The notes: generated by a model from the sequence alone, not told the origin. A stretch of 64,000 bases of DNA from Candidatus Bathyarchaeia archaeon (GCA_050010755.1 JBEKKK010000004.1:1-64000); one strand, 5' to 3'; counted from the stretch's first letter, positions 1-10,016 are shown. Made by a program: numbers and translations.

Positions 1-707
1 TCTTCTAATTTCTGAGCAACTTTTGACCAGTTATCTCTGAGCTGTTTGGTTTCGCCATTTTGGACGCTGTCGAGAATATTCAGAACAAATGAAACTCTTT
101 CTTTAGCCCGTCCTTTAAGTTTTTCATATGCCATTCTAGCAAGCGTTTCTGATTCTTTGGATTTCGCCAAATCGCTGGTCAGCAAATACGCAAACGCCGC
201 ATTCGTATAGAGCGAAGCCACGCCATAACTCAAAGACTCAGAATCCTTTGCAAGAGTCTCCGCTCCCGTCCAGTAATATTTTGCAGAATCAGCCCAGTTT
301 TCAGACCTAAGATAAATCTGAGCTACAGAATGGTACTCGTCACTTGCTCCCTCAAAATGATTTGCGACAAGTTGCAGATTAGCACTGGTCAGATGCTTTT
401 CGATGAGTCTCAATCTGGCCGATTCTGCTGGAGGTTCTAGCTTATGTCTCTTCTTTTTCTTTTTCTTCTTTAGGTAGTCTATATATAAGTGCAAAAACGG
501 AGTTGCTGCACCAACCACAACTAAGAAAAGACCAAGAACGATTGCTTGTCCATATCCAACGGGACCGAGTCCGACCTTGACATCGCTATTGAACCCAGCA
601 TAATAAAGAATCATAGCTCCAACGAGAATCATAATGGCGCTATAAGCTAAATCCGTGCGCCAGCTTCCTCCAAGATAATCATCCGTCAATTCTAAGGGTA
701 AAGACAA
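1..707 (-). CDS. Membrane-anchored helical-repeat (TPR/SNAP-like) protein, runs off the window edge
   Basis: Hand-translated open frame from TTG at 707 to position 1 (not in the ORF track): two hydrophobic segments, a KKKKKKKR tract, then Ala/Tyr-rich helices (EGASDEYHSVAQIY, DSAKYYWTGAE, LYTNAAFAY). Confidence 0.7.
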   Translation of the reverse strand, partial: MSLPLELTDDYLGGSWRTDLAYSAIMILVGAMILYYAGFNSDVKVGLGPVGYGQAIVLGLFLVVVGAATPFLHLYIDYLKKKKKKKRHKLEPPAESARLRLIEKHLTSANLQLVANHFEGASDEYHSVAQIYLRSENWADSAKYYWTGAETLAKDSESLSYGVASLYTNAAFAYLLTSDLAKSKESETLARMAYEKLKGRAKERVSFVLNILDSVQNGETKQLRDNWSKVAQKLE

Positions 708-1291
708 TAGTCGCCCCCAGCTTTCCAAGTTGTGTGGTGTGCAGAGGAATAAAGTTTATCTTGTTTATATTCATCTTCTCGTTTTTCTGTTCTGCACTTT
801 CGACCTAGTTTGTCTTCTGTTGCTGTGCCGATTTAAGATTTCTGTCTCTTGGGTTTTGAAAAATCGGAGTCGAAAAATCGAATTATTCCCTTCGACTTGG
901 TTTTCTCATCTTTCAATTATGCCTTTGACTATTTGTATCAATATCTTCGTGTAGTTCGCTTCATCACTAGCAGGTATTTCTATTTTCGCACTTTCGGTGG
1001 ATGATTTTTGAAGTTGTAATTCTTGCTCATGCTGTTAGCCTCTTTCTGAGCTAGCCTTTTCAAGCGATGGTGTGTTCCAGCAACAACCCTAACAGGATGA
1101 TTGCCCTGCTTTCTAACGACAACATAGTTAGATGAACTGCCACGCTTATGATAACTCAAACAAACTCACAAGAGAAAAAACCTTTACCAAACGAATTTTT
1201 ACAACAAAACCTACCAAACGGAGACTTCACAGAGCCTTCTAACAGTAAAAGTTTTTAGAAAATCATTTGGTATATTCGTCTGGAGAGAGAA

Positions 1292-1585
1292 TTGACAGAG
1301 AGCGAAGACAGTGAAGACAATTTCGTACTTAGTTATCGTCAAGAGGTTCTTCTGAGTCCTGTCCTAATTCTTGCTGGATTTTTTATGTCATATTACGCTT
1401 TTTTGCCTTCAGTCAGACCACCTTCTGGTCAATTATATACGGCGCAATATTTTTGGTGGCAACCATTCCTCTTTGTTGGGTTCATCTTTTTTGGGGTTGG
1501 AACAATATTTCTAATACATGGTTTGTATCATCTCCATCGTGAACACCCGAAAAGTAACAAGGAGATGAAACACCCGCAGAGGTAA
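1292..1585 (+). CDS. Small two-TM hypothetical membrane protein
   Basis: 97-aa ORF with two hydrophobic stretches; GGAGAG upstream of the TTG. Confidence 0.55.
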   Translation: MTESEDSEDNFVLSYRQEVLLSPVLILAGFFMSYYAFLPSVRPPSGQLYTAQYFWWQPFLFVGFIFFGVGTIFLIHGLYHLHREHPKSNKEMKHPQR

Positions 1586-1756
1586 CAGTTCCCCTTCAAT
1601 TGCTCTCCATAATTCTTCTTCTGTTCTGTCATGCCTTTTGATTCACTTCATCCTACCTACTTGAGTACCAACTGTTTACGAGTTTAGTTTTTCATGGAAT
1701 AGTTGATTCAGAAAAACATCTTTAACCGTTTCAGTCTAAACGGACACTAAAGGTTC

Positions 1757-2019
1757 GTAATGTTGCATTGTAATGTTGCATTGTAAATTTCCATGTTGAC
1801 TGGGACGGGTGTTTCCGAAAACGGGCTGAAAATGTTGTTTGCACTGCCGTTAGTGTCTCCCTTCTCTCTTTGCGTTTGGGTTTGACGTCATGCTGAAGTA
1901 GAAGATTTCAACTGTGAACGGTGCCTCCCGCCTTTTTTTCTTTACGTCCGTGTAATGTAGCCACGTAATGTGTCAGCGTAAATCTCTATGTTGGCTGTCA
2001 CGCGTGTTCCGAAAATGGG
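1757..2019. repeat. Degenerate ~70-bp direct repeat pair (1757-1825, 1952-2019), each with 13-bp-period GTAATG/GTAAAT units
   Basis: GTAAATTTCCATGTTGACTGGGACGGGTGTTTCCGAAAACGGG vs GTAAATCTCTATGTTGGCTGTCACGCGTGTTCCGAAAATGGG; GTAA units at 1757/1770/1783 and 1952/1965/1978. Confidence 0.75.
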
Positions 2020-2269
2020 TCTTGTTCTTCTATTGTGATTTCTGGTCATTTTGGCTCTTGCGCTTCTTTGAGGGCTCCTCGAAGAAAAGGTCTATGTTTT
2101 AGATCTCAGCCGTTAAAGAATGGTTGTTGTTTCAAACGAGCAGCATTAGAGCAGAACCGCCGGGAAAAACAGCATTTTCGGTCGATTTTGAAACGAGCCC
2201 GAGTGCGGACATTTCATTAGAAAGACGCGTGAGCAAAAGGGAGGGATGAGTTGAACCGGGGGTTTTGGT

Positions 2270-2872
2270 TTATCTTGAGGCTTGCGCGACTCTTTCGATT
2301 TCGTGTCTCTTTGCTACTGCGAAGCTTTTCATGTCGTTGTTGCCTGCCAGTATTATTTCTTCGGCGAGGCATTCTTCTATGGATCTGGGGTTGTTCGCTG
2401 CTGCTTGTCTGGCTCCGTCTGCGAGATGTCGCAACGCTAGATCGACTCTTCTCTGCGGTGCGACGTCCACTGAAAGGTGGTAGACTATGCCGCCCATGCT
2501 GATGCGTGTCGTGTCTTCGCAGGGTGCGGAGTTTTCGACGGCTTTGACCAGTACTTCTATCGGGTTTTTGCCTGTTCGCAGGTTGACTATCTGAAAGGCG
2601 TGGTGTACCATGTTCATTACTTTGGCTTTTTTGCCGGCGTTTTTTCCGGGGCGCATGAGGTTGTTTGCGAGTCTTTCGACGATGTTGATGCTCGCCTTGC
2701 GGAAGCGTTTATGCTCGTGTCTTCCCATACTGTGTGGGATGACAACCGGTTTCAGTGAGACATATCTCTGTAGGCCCAGGTCTTTGACTGCGATGCCCTT
2801 GAAACTCCATTCACCGAAAAGTTTTACTTCTTTTTCCTTTTTTTCTTCCTGCTTCTGACTCAAAACTCTCAC
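2270..2872 (-). CDS. rps7: 30S ribosomal protein S7 (uS7)
   Basis: [49 protein letters not shown]-terminal ERVAQASR. Confidence 0.97.
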   Translation of the reverse strand: MRVLSQKQEEKKEKEVKLFGEWSFKGIAVKDLGLQRYVSLKPVVIPHSMGRHEHKRFRKASINIVERLANNLMRPGKNAGKKAKVMNMVHHAFQIVNLRTGKNPIEVLVKAVENSAPCEDTTRISMGGIVYHLSVDVAPQRRVDLALRHLADGARQAAANNPRSIEECLAEEIILAGNNDMKSFAVAKRHEIERVAQASR

Positions 2873-3309
2873 CGGGCCGGCTTCTGTTTTCTTCCGTAAA
2901 CGAGTTCGTTCAGAGACACGCCATTTACTGTTATGACCTTCCAGCGAACTCCGGGAATGTCGCCCATGCTTCTTCCACGTGAGCCGCCTATTCCTTCGAC
3001 GAGAACTTCATCGTGCTCGTCCACGACGTTCAATGCGCCGTCCCCGGGCAAGAATGCGGTGATTAGTCTGCCGTTCTTGATAAGTTGGGTTCTTACACAT
3101 TTCCTGATGGCGCTATTGGGCTGTTTGCTCTCCACGCCGACCTTTTCAAGAACGATGCCACGTCCCATCGGCGACCCTTGAAGCGGGTCTGCCTTGACAT
3201 CCAGTCTCAAGATTCTCCGGTTGTAGTACATGCTGCTCCAACGGAACTTCTTGCGTTTCTCAACAAGCGCTCTCGCAGCGAATTCGCCTCTCGGAGACTT
3301 GGAACCCAT
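2869..3309 (-). CDS. rps12: 30S ribosomal protein S12 (uS12)
   Basis: [40 protein letters not shown]; overlaps rps7 start by 4 nt. Confidence 0.98.
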   Translation of the reverse strand: MGSKSPRGEFAARALVEKRKKFRWSSMYYNRRILRLDVKADPLQGSPMGRGIVLEKVGVESKQPNSAIRKCVRTQLIKNGRLITAFLPGDGALNVVDEHDEVLVEGIGGSRGRSMGDIPGVRWKVITVNGVSLNELVYGRKQKPAR

Positions 3310-3368
3310 GAGCCAAATTTCCTCTCGCTACGTCTAATCACAATCCTCATATTTAAACTGAGCTACGA

Positions 3369-4446
3369 ATGCTGGAGATGTTTTTCAGGCTAATCCAGCC
3401 TTTATTTCTTTGCTCGCTTCGACTCGCCAGCCTCTATATCACAGTCCCCGTACATGGGCGGTTCTGTTGCAGCCCTGTGGGACAGGCTTTGGGTCTTGGG
3501 CCTTCCATGTATGATGTTTGCGGTGTTCTTTCCGAGAATATTTGGGGATTTCCGATAAACAATGTGACTGTGACCCTTGAAGTCAACAACACTGCATGGA
3601 ACTCGGTGTCCACATATGTGGCTGGGCTGTTCGACTTTTATGAGGATTTTCCGCCCGTGCCGTACCAGAACACCACGTACGTAATAACTGTCAGCTTTGC
3701 GGGAACAAACTCCATGAATGCCTCAGCTATTTCATCGACGCCTGATGGCACAACCTACACAGTTTCGACAACGAATCAATTTGGTCTTGAGCCTTCTAGC
3801 AACTTCACGGTGTTGTCTGTCGGCCCACAATCTGTGCTTGGTTCGATGTTGAACGAAACTCCTGCTCAAATGCAGGAAAGTGGAACTGCCACAGGAGTTT
3901 TGAAGGTTCGGAACGAGTTCACTTTGGGATTTCCTTGGTACAGGTTTCACATTATGTATTTCTTTCAAAGCGTTGAACAGTTCGATGTCGGAATCGGATT
4001 GATCGGTGGCAATACCTTTACGCCTGAGAACGATTTTGCTAATACTTACAAAGGGTACGTTCAAAATGTGGTTGTGGACTTGTTCGAAGATTGGTGTGCG
4101 GCGGAGGCCGTTCAGTATATTAGGAGCTTTGACAGGTCAGCTGGAGTGGTGGGCGGCTGCAATCATATCAGCCGTTGCCGTTAAATGTGCTTTGCTTTAT
4201 GTCAATTGTTGGAATTCGCTTACTGATCTTTATACAGAAAAGGCAGCGCAGGTACTCGGAATAATATTGGAGGCGGTTGGCTTCGTGGCCCAGTTCTTGC
4301 CAAGTAATCTGAGCGCATTTTCAGGTAGCATAGGAAGCCTCAACGGTCTCGTTTGGGCTGTGCTCACCGGAATTGCAAACATAATCTTGGACGTAACCGT
4401 TTTTTTGAATATCATAGACGCTAGGATATCCTATTTGGGCGGCTGA
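3369..4446 (+). pseudogene. Frameshifted fragment of a surface/secreted protein (beta-rich region followed by hydrophobic C-terminus)
   Basis: ORFs 3369-4184 and 4006-4446 join into one plausible protein with a 1-nt shift near 4108 (..DWCAAEA / FSILGALTG..); T/S/N-rich strands with NxT/S sequons; no clear N-terminus. Confidence 0.5.
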
Positions 4447-5133
4447 GGATTCGAACCTAAATTGAGAGCGTGTCTCACGAACAGATTGAGACTAGTAATC
4501 AAGTTCAAAGTGCCAAGTTCGTTTTGGGGTTTGTTTGAGAAACCCAACTTTTAATCCAGTTCGGTAGACGCTAACTTATCCTCGTCTAAGGCTTTGTGAT
4601 CACGATATTTCTCGATCTCGGTATCTACTGAAGAGCCGCTAGTTCTTCTTCCTTCAAAGAATTTCAGCTTGGGACAATTTGGTGCTTTGACATTGTTGTT
4701 TCCTTTAAGAGATTATTTTTTGCGGGTTGGCAATGGTCCGCCTCTGCCTTGGTAGGTTAATTGATCGTGTTGGTTGTGCTTTGATAAGCAAATCTATGGC
4801 AAGCCCAAGCAGCTTGCTGTATCTTGCGATCCTGAGTTCGCCTGCGCGGTGTGGCTAGAATTTTGGGCAGTTGAGAAATCTCAGCTTCAGTTTGTCTTTT
4901 TACAGGTCGTAACTGATCTATTTCGATCGGTAGCCTTTTTGAGCTCCTATCGTAGGCTGGAATCTGATGCAATAATTGAGTGGGAGTATGTATTTCATTG
5001 TCGGACAGACGATTTGAATGCTGAGACAATTCCTGAGAAGATGATGCTTGTTAGCTGCGCCAATCGACATAATTTCTATTCCAAAAACAAAGATTTTTAC
5101 CATAGTGCTGCCATTCACATAAATTGAACTGTT

Positions 5134-5598
5134 ATGGTCAAAACAAGACGGAGAGCGTTTTCTCTTGTTTTCCTTTGTTTTGTTCCGATTATAACCATCG
5201 TATTTCTCAGTCTGGTCTATGGCCCTCCGTTTCTTGTTCGGTTGGGAATGTCGTACGTTGGCGGATTCAATTCAATGATTTTGCCGATGTTTTCGATGAG
5301 TGGAGTTTTTGTACTTCTCTGGAATCACTTTGCCATGAAATTGCCTTTTCCGCCTTTCAAACAGAGTTTTTTTCACCCTCGCTTAATGAACGAAAAGATT
5401 GGTAAGGTTGTGTCGTTATTAGCCGCATTACTTACTTTTGAATCTCTGAGCAATGTAACTACGCTTGTAGCATTTTTGGTGGCGATAGTCATCATCCTGA
5501 GTTCATGGTATGCCATTATCGTAGAGCTCGAATTATCCCACGATTTTGCGCAACACACTAGCCTGTATAACCCGCTGAAACGAAAAGACGAACTTTAG
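5134..5598 (+). CDS. Hypothetical multi-pass membrane protein
   Basis: 154 aa with about four hydrophobic segments. Confidence 0.55.
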   Translation: MVKTRRRAFSLVFLCFVPIITIVFLSLVYGPPFLVRLGMSYVGGFNSMILPMFSMSGVFVLLWNHFAMKLPFPPFKQSFFHPRLMNEKIGKVVSLLAALLTFESLSNVTTLVAFLVAIVIILSSWYAIIVELELSHDFAQHTSLYNPLKRKDEL

Positions 5599-5909
5599 AG
5601 TTGGTTATCCTTTTTTCTGAGCAATTTTCATCCCAAAAGGAAAATATGACTTGTTTGTTCTCTCTGATGAAGATATGGTTTTAAGGATACCAGTTCTTTT
5701 CGTTGATCCTCTTTTTCTCAGCTCATTCCTCTGTTGTGGACATTTGAATTTTTCAAACAGGCTGTTCAGGAAATACCATTTCTACAGATTGTTCAACTAA
5801 AAACAGAAAAGTGATAACAAGAAAGAAATGTAGGAATCTCTTTAGGCACACGTTTCAGTTCCTGTCATGCCTTGGATAGGACACAGTGCGCGAATGTCGA
5901 TAGAAGGCT

Positions 5910-6074
5910 TCAGCTTTGTCTGAGCCATTCTGAGCCGGTTATTTTCTTGAAAATGCTCTGCAACAGCTTGTCTGTGTGTGAATCGGGATCACAGCCGTAA
6001 ACTTCAAAGTTCTCCCTTACCAGATCCGCAATCTGGGCGAGCTCTTCATCCGTGAATTCCAACTTTGATTTCAC
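5910..6074 (-). CDS. Small hypothetical protein (54 aa)
   Basis: Hand-translated: MKSKLEFTDEELAQIADLVRENFEVYGCDPDSHTDKLLQSIFKKITGSEWLRQS; GTG start preceded by a purine-rich stretch. Confidence 0.45.
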   Translation of the reverse strand: MKSKLEFTDEELAQIADLVRENFEVYGCDPDSHTDKLLQSIFKKITGSEWLRQS

Positions 6075-6321
6075 TCCTTCATTCCCAGCTCATTAATGCA
6101 GGCGACAACGGAAATCTTCTTTCAGAGAATGGTTGCCGTCGGTTGGATATTGGGCTGTTTTACATATAAATATGGCTCCCTTCAGAGTTTCTTACATTGC
6201 CCGCACAATCCCCGCATTGCCAGAGACTGAATGATTTGGGGCTGTTCCAGCAGTAACCTGTCAAAGGTTTTAAGCAGGTTGCTAACTAGATGGGCATTCA
6301 CAGAGTGGTGAGTCGGATAAA

Positions 6322-7548
6322 TTGAAGTACAGAGACTTCGTTGATTTGAGATACGAGCCGAAAGAGTCAGAAGTTGTCTGCACTTTCCGTGTTGAGCCTT
6401 TTGGAATTGATATGGAGGAGGCAGCGGGGGGTGTTGCTGCTGAGAGTTCGATAGGGACGTGGACGGAGCTTTCAACAGTGAAACCTTACGTGCTTAAACT
6501 AGCGGCTCACGTTTTCAGCATAGAAGGCAACATCGTCAAAATAGCTTACCCCCTGCAACTTTTCGAGTTGGGAAATATGCCCAACATACTGAGCAGCATA
6601 GCTGGAAACGTTTTCGGGTTGAAAGCCTTGAAAAACTTGAGACTCAACGACATAGTCTTCCCCCGGCTGCTTGTCCAGAGTTTCAATGGACCAAAATACG
6701 GTATCGAAGGGATACGAAAGCTGATGAAAGTCCTTGACAGGCCTCTAGTAGGCACGATAATCAAGCCAAAGCTCGGGCTCAAAACGGTTGATCACGCAAA
6801 CGTCGCTTATGATGCTTGGGTGGGAGGATGCGACATAGTTAAAGATGATGAGAATCTCGGTAGCCAGAAGTTTAATCCTTTTGAAGATCGCCTTGTGAAG
6901 ACCTTGGAGAACAGGGATCGTGCTGAAAGGGCGACTGGAGAGAAGAAGGTGTACATGATCAACATAACGGCTGAAACGAATGAAATGTTGAGGAGGGCAG
7001 AGGCCGTTGTGAATAACGGAGGAGAATACGTGATGATTGACATTCTAACCTGCGGGTTTGCTGCCCTGCAAACACTTCGGGATCGAAACTTTGACCTCGT
7101 GATTCATGCTCACAGAGCGGGTCACGCGGCTTTCACGAAGGATCCTAAGCATGGAATTTCAATGCGCGTAATAGCCGAAGTCGCAAGAATTGTAGGCGTG
7201 GATCAGCTTCACGTCGGAACTGTCGTTGGCAAAATGTTTGAAACAGCGGAGGAAGTGGCAGAGAACAGGGATGCTTTGACGATGCAAATGGGCGGATTGA
7301 AGCCAGTGCTGCCTGTTGCCTCGGGAGGATTGCATCCAGGACTTGTTCCTCCACTTGTGAAGTTCTTCGGGAGGGATTTCGTGATCCAGGCTGGTGGAGG
7401 CATTCACGGCCATCCAGATGGAACTATTGCGGGAGCGATGGCGATGCGACAAGCTGTCGACGCGGCAATGAGCGGTGTGCCGCTGACCACGTATGCCCAG
7501 AAATACCGGGAATTGGCGGCGGCCCTGAAAACGTGGGGAACCGCCTAG
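6322..7548 (+). CDS. rbcL: Form III ribulose-1,5-bisphosphate carboxylase
   Basis: AAESSIGTW, GTIIKPKLGL, catalytic KDDE, HAHRAGH, GTVVGKM, SGGLHP, QAGGGIHGHP. Confidence 0.97.
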   Translation: MKYRDFVDLRYEPKESEVVCTFRVEPFGIDMEEAAGGVAAESSIGTWTELSTVKPYVLKLAAHVFSIEGNIVKIAYPLQLFELGNMPNILSSIAGNVFGLKALKNLRLNDIVFPRLLVQSFNGPKYGIEGIRKLMKVLDRPLVGTIIKPKLGLKTVDHANVAYDAWVGGCDIVKDDENLGSQKFNPFEDRLVKTLENRDRAERATGEKKVYMINITAETNEMLRRAEAVVNNGGEYVMIDILTCGFAALQTLRDRNFDLVIHAHRAGHAAFTKDPKHGISMRVIAEVARIVGVDQLHVGTVVGKMFETAEEVAENRDALTMQMGGLKPVLPVASGGLHPGLVPPLVKFFGRDFVIQAGGGIHGHPDGTIAGAMAMRQAVDAAMSGVPLTTYAQKYRELAAALKTWGTA

Positions 7549-7557
7549 GTTCCCTCT

Positions 7558-8544
7558 TCACTTGAAGACCCACGGATACTTTCTGTTCATAACCTCAGTA
7601 ATGGAGTGAGGCGATATTATCCCCTCTTCACATATTATCCCATGAATGAAATCTCTTCGAGTCACGTCAAAGGCCGGATTCCTTACGACCAACTTCTTCG
7701 GCGCCTCTTTCCATATCTCCGTTGAATTTCTCTCTTCTATCTTCTCGTAGTCTCCGTACATCGTTGCGGGGTCGAACTTCAAGAGTTCAGAAACTACGTA
7801 GAAGGGGATTCTCGCTTCCTGAGCCGCAAGGGCGACCATGCTTGTTCCAATCTTGTTTATCACGTTGCCTTCAGAAGTTATCGCGTCCGCTCCCACGACT
7901 ACCATGTCAACCTGATTCATGAAGAATCTCGTGGCTGAATCAATGATGAACATTGTTTTGACGTCGAGATCTAACATTTCTTTGGCGGTAATCTTTCCTT
8001 GGAAGACGGGTCTAGTTTCGGTGCAGATGACTTCGAACGCTTTCCCGTCGCGCTTAGCCTTCTTCAGGAGAAAAGTGACTGTGGAAGAGTGGCAGTGTGT
8101 CAATATTGTAGAGTTGTTCCTAATCCTTCGGGCTCCGATTTCGGCGATTCTTTCCTTCGAGCTTTCCAGATCTTTCAGAAATTGCTGCGAGGCCGTCGAG
8201 ACTGTCTGGCTGAGTTTCTTGATGTTCTTCTGTGGGCTCTTCTCCACCTGATTTATGATCAATCTGACGGCGTTCCTCATCAGCGGTTCAGTCTCTCTTG
8301 AACCGAAAAGAGTTTCCTTAGCTTTCAGCAGTTCTTTCAGAAATTCTTTCTTGGTCTTGGCTCTTGTCTGGTTTGCCAACGTCTCCGTCGCATTTATCGC
8401 AGCTATGGCTACGTTTCTCGCACCCTGAACTTCAAGCTTTCTTATTCTTTCGGCCGCAATCTGTACAGCATCCTGCAAACCTTTCACCCAAACAAACAAA
8501 CTTATGGGAGAATATACAATAAACTTTCGGTGCTGCGATAACAC
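7558..8544 (-). CDS. Ribose-1,5-bisphosphate isomerase (eIF-2B family); true start probably ~8478-8487
   Basis: VQGARNVA, THCHSSTV, ETRP, VGADAIT, NKIGT, NPAFDVT; adjacent to form III RuBisCO. Confidence 0.9.
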   Translation of the reverse strand: MLSQHRKFIVYSPISLFVWVKGLQDAVQIAAERIRKLEVQGARNVAIAAINATETLANQTRAKTKKEFLKELLKAKETLFGSRETEPLMRNAVRLIINQVEKSPQKNIKKLSQTVSTASQQFLKDLESSKERIAEIGARRIRNNSTILTHCHSSTVTFLLKKAKRDGKAFEVICTETRPVFQGKITAKEMLDLDVKTMFIIDSATRFFMNQVDMVVVGADAITSEGNVINKIGTSMVALAAQEARIPFYVVSELLKFDPATMYGDYEKIEERNSTEIWKEAPKKLVVRNPAFDVTRRDFIHGIICEEGIISPHSITEVMNRKYPWVFK

Positions 8545-8766
8545 ACAAATATGAAAACCACTAGCACTCGCTAAATTTAGGCTTCGTTAAGTTTGAGCTC
8601 GAGTTGTACAATCTTTTTCTGCCGCCATAAGAAGTGCCAACAAGACAGTTCTTACACCGTTCTCAGCCAAATGTCCCATAAATTATTGCCATTTCTAATT
8701 TATTACGTTAGGCATATCATTTCTTCTCAAGCCCGCACTATAGTCAGCGCGCGCCTTGGCATTATC

Positions 8767-9024
8767 CTATTTCTCCTTCTCCCATGTTCCGTCAGAAAGA
8801 ATATCTTTTAAGTTATCAGGCTCTTCCTCTAACTTGCTAGATTGCTTGCTGGATTCCTCTTCTTTTTCTTCTTCTTCCTCATTATATTCGTATGGTTGTG
8901 TTTCTTTTAGCTTGTCAAGAGTGATTTGATATTTTTTGTATATTTCACATGTTTGCGTCAGCAACTTTGCAAATGGACAAACGTCGCATGAAGCGACATC
9001 TGGAGGAGCATACGCACATTTCAT
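8767..9024 (-). CDS. Small Cys-containing protein with acidic tract
   Basis: 85 aa, four Cys in the N-terminal part (including CDVC), EEEEEKEEE tract; GGTGA upstream. Confidence 0.6.
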   Translation of the reverse strand: MKCAYAPPDVASCDVCPFAKLLTQTCEIYKKYQITLDKLKETQPYEYNEEEEEKEEESSKQSSKLEEEPDNLKDILSDGTWEKEK

Positions 9025-9158
9025 TCTTATTTCACCTTCTGTTCAAGCAAAATTGTAATTCTAGCCACGATTAAGACCATGGCACTCACTGTTTCTCTTG
9101 CGACACATAGGGTTTAAAACACTTTCTCGAAGGTTTAGGCTGCTAGGCTCAGCGCGAG

Positions 9159-9476
9159 CTATTTACTGGAACGTTCTTGGCCGTACTCATGTATTGCCTT
9201 CTGGAGCAGATCTTTAACGCTTTGACCTGTATCGGCGGTTGAACTGGGTTGTGTTGGATTCTTCTTTTCAAGAATATATTGTTCCGCGCGGTCCCGCAGT
9301 TGTGGAAAATCATCAAGCATAGACTTCAAGACGTCCCAACGGATTTCAGCTGAACCCGCTGTATTGTCTCGCAATATACACTTCATCCCAATAGTAATAG
9401 GCCAACCCTGAAATTTAAGCATTATGTACACTTGTAGTACAATCAAAGGAAAAAGATACAGTTCATGCAAGAACAA
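9159..9476 (-). CDS. Hypothetical protein (start probably at internal MKCILRD)
   Basis: Open frame with globular-like composition in the C-terminal 75 aa. Confidence 0.5.
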   Translation of the reverse strand: MFLHELYLFPLIVLQVYIMLKFQGWPITIGMKCILRDNTAGSAEIRWDVLKSMLDDFPQLRDRAEQYILEKKNPTQPSSTADTGQSVKDLLQKAIHEYGQERSSK

Positions 9477-9590
9477 TCACCTAGCGCGCGCAAACACTTT
9501 TCGATATTCCGTTTTTTGATATGTGTCGAAAATCGAAAGAACTGCTTCATTACGATTTACGATATAGGACACTGAAGAGTGCAGGACCTT

Positions 9591-9743
9591 ATGGGTATGA
9601 GGAAAAAGAAAAACGTTAAACTTCTAAATATTTATCCTTACGATCGCCTGAAGTTTGACTGGGAAGTCAACAGGCGAGTCCAACAGAAACTACTTGACAA
9701 GAAACTCATGCAATGGCGCTCCCTAATATCTAACTGCAGATAA
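9591..9743 (+). CDS. Small basic hypothetical protein (50 aa)
   Basis: Hand-translated: MGMRKKKNVKLLNIYPYDRLKFDWEVNRRVQQKLLDKKLMQWRSLISNCR; AGGA upstream. Confidence 0.4.
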   Translation: MGMRKKKNVKLLNIYPYDRLKFDWEVNRRVQQKLLDKKLMQWRSLISNCR

Positions 9744-10016
9744 TCTCGATTACTGTAAACCCTGAAAACTAATCGCTGATTACGTCTTTGTTCACCGGTC
9801 ATAGCATTTGAAGTTTAGGGCATTTTTTTCCTATTTCAAAAGTTGCTCAATCTGGGAATATTCGAGCCTTACCTTTGAATCTGGTGCGCTCGTATATCAT
9901 AAACTTGTGAGGGTTTTCTTTTCCCTCGACCCAGTTTCGGTCTCGATGCCCCCGTGAACAGAAAAATATAACTCCATTTGGGAACTATTCTAGTTTGACT
10001 TCATGGTGGTTGTGAC

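Larger units (their letters stand above)
8562..9493. repeat. Cluster of TAGC-N4-GCTA-like palindromes (8562, 8745, 9150, 9482) bracketing small ORFs
   Basis: TAGCACTCGCTA, CAGCGCGCGCCT, CAGCGCGAGCTA, TAGCGCGCGCAA read directly from sequence. Confidence 0.6.

Noticed and set aside
730-954. 74-aa hydrophobic ORF
   Set aside because: Arises from a T-rich low-complexity stretch; no motif or RBS
1030-1250. CTAAC...GTTAG words resembling integron attC cores
   Set aside because: The CTAAC/GTTAG pair is only 9 bp apart, there is no extended attC hairpin, and no integrase is in the window
1757-1786. Tandem 13-mers as a possible CRISPR array
   Set aside because: Units too short, no unique spacers, no cas genes
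4757-5127. Overlapping short ORFs on both strands
   Set aside because: No recognisable motif and no way to choose a frame
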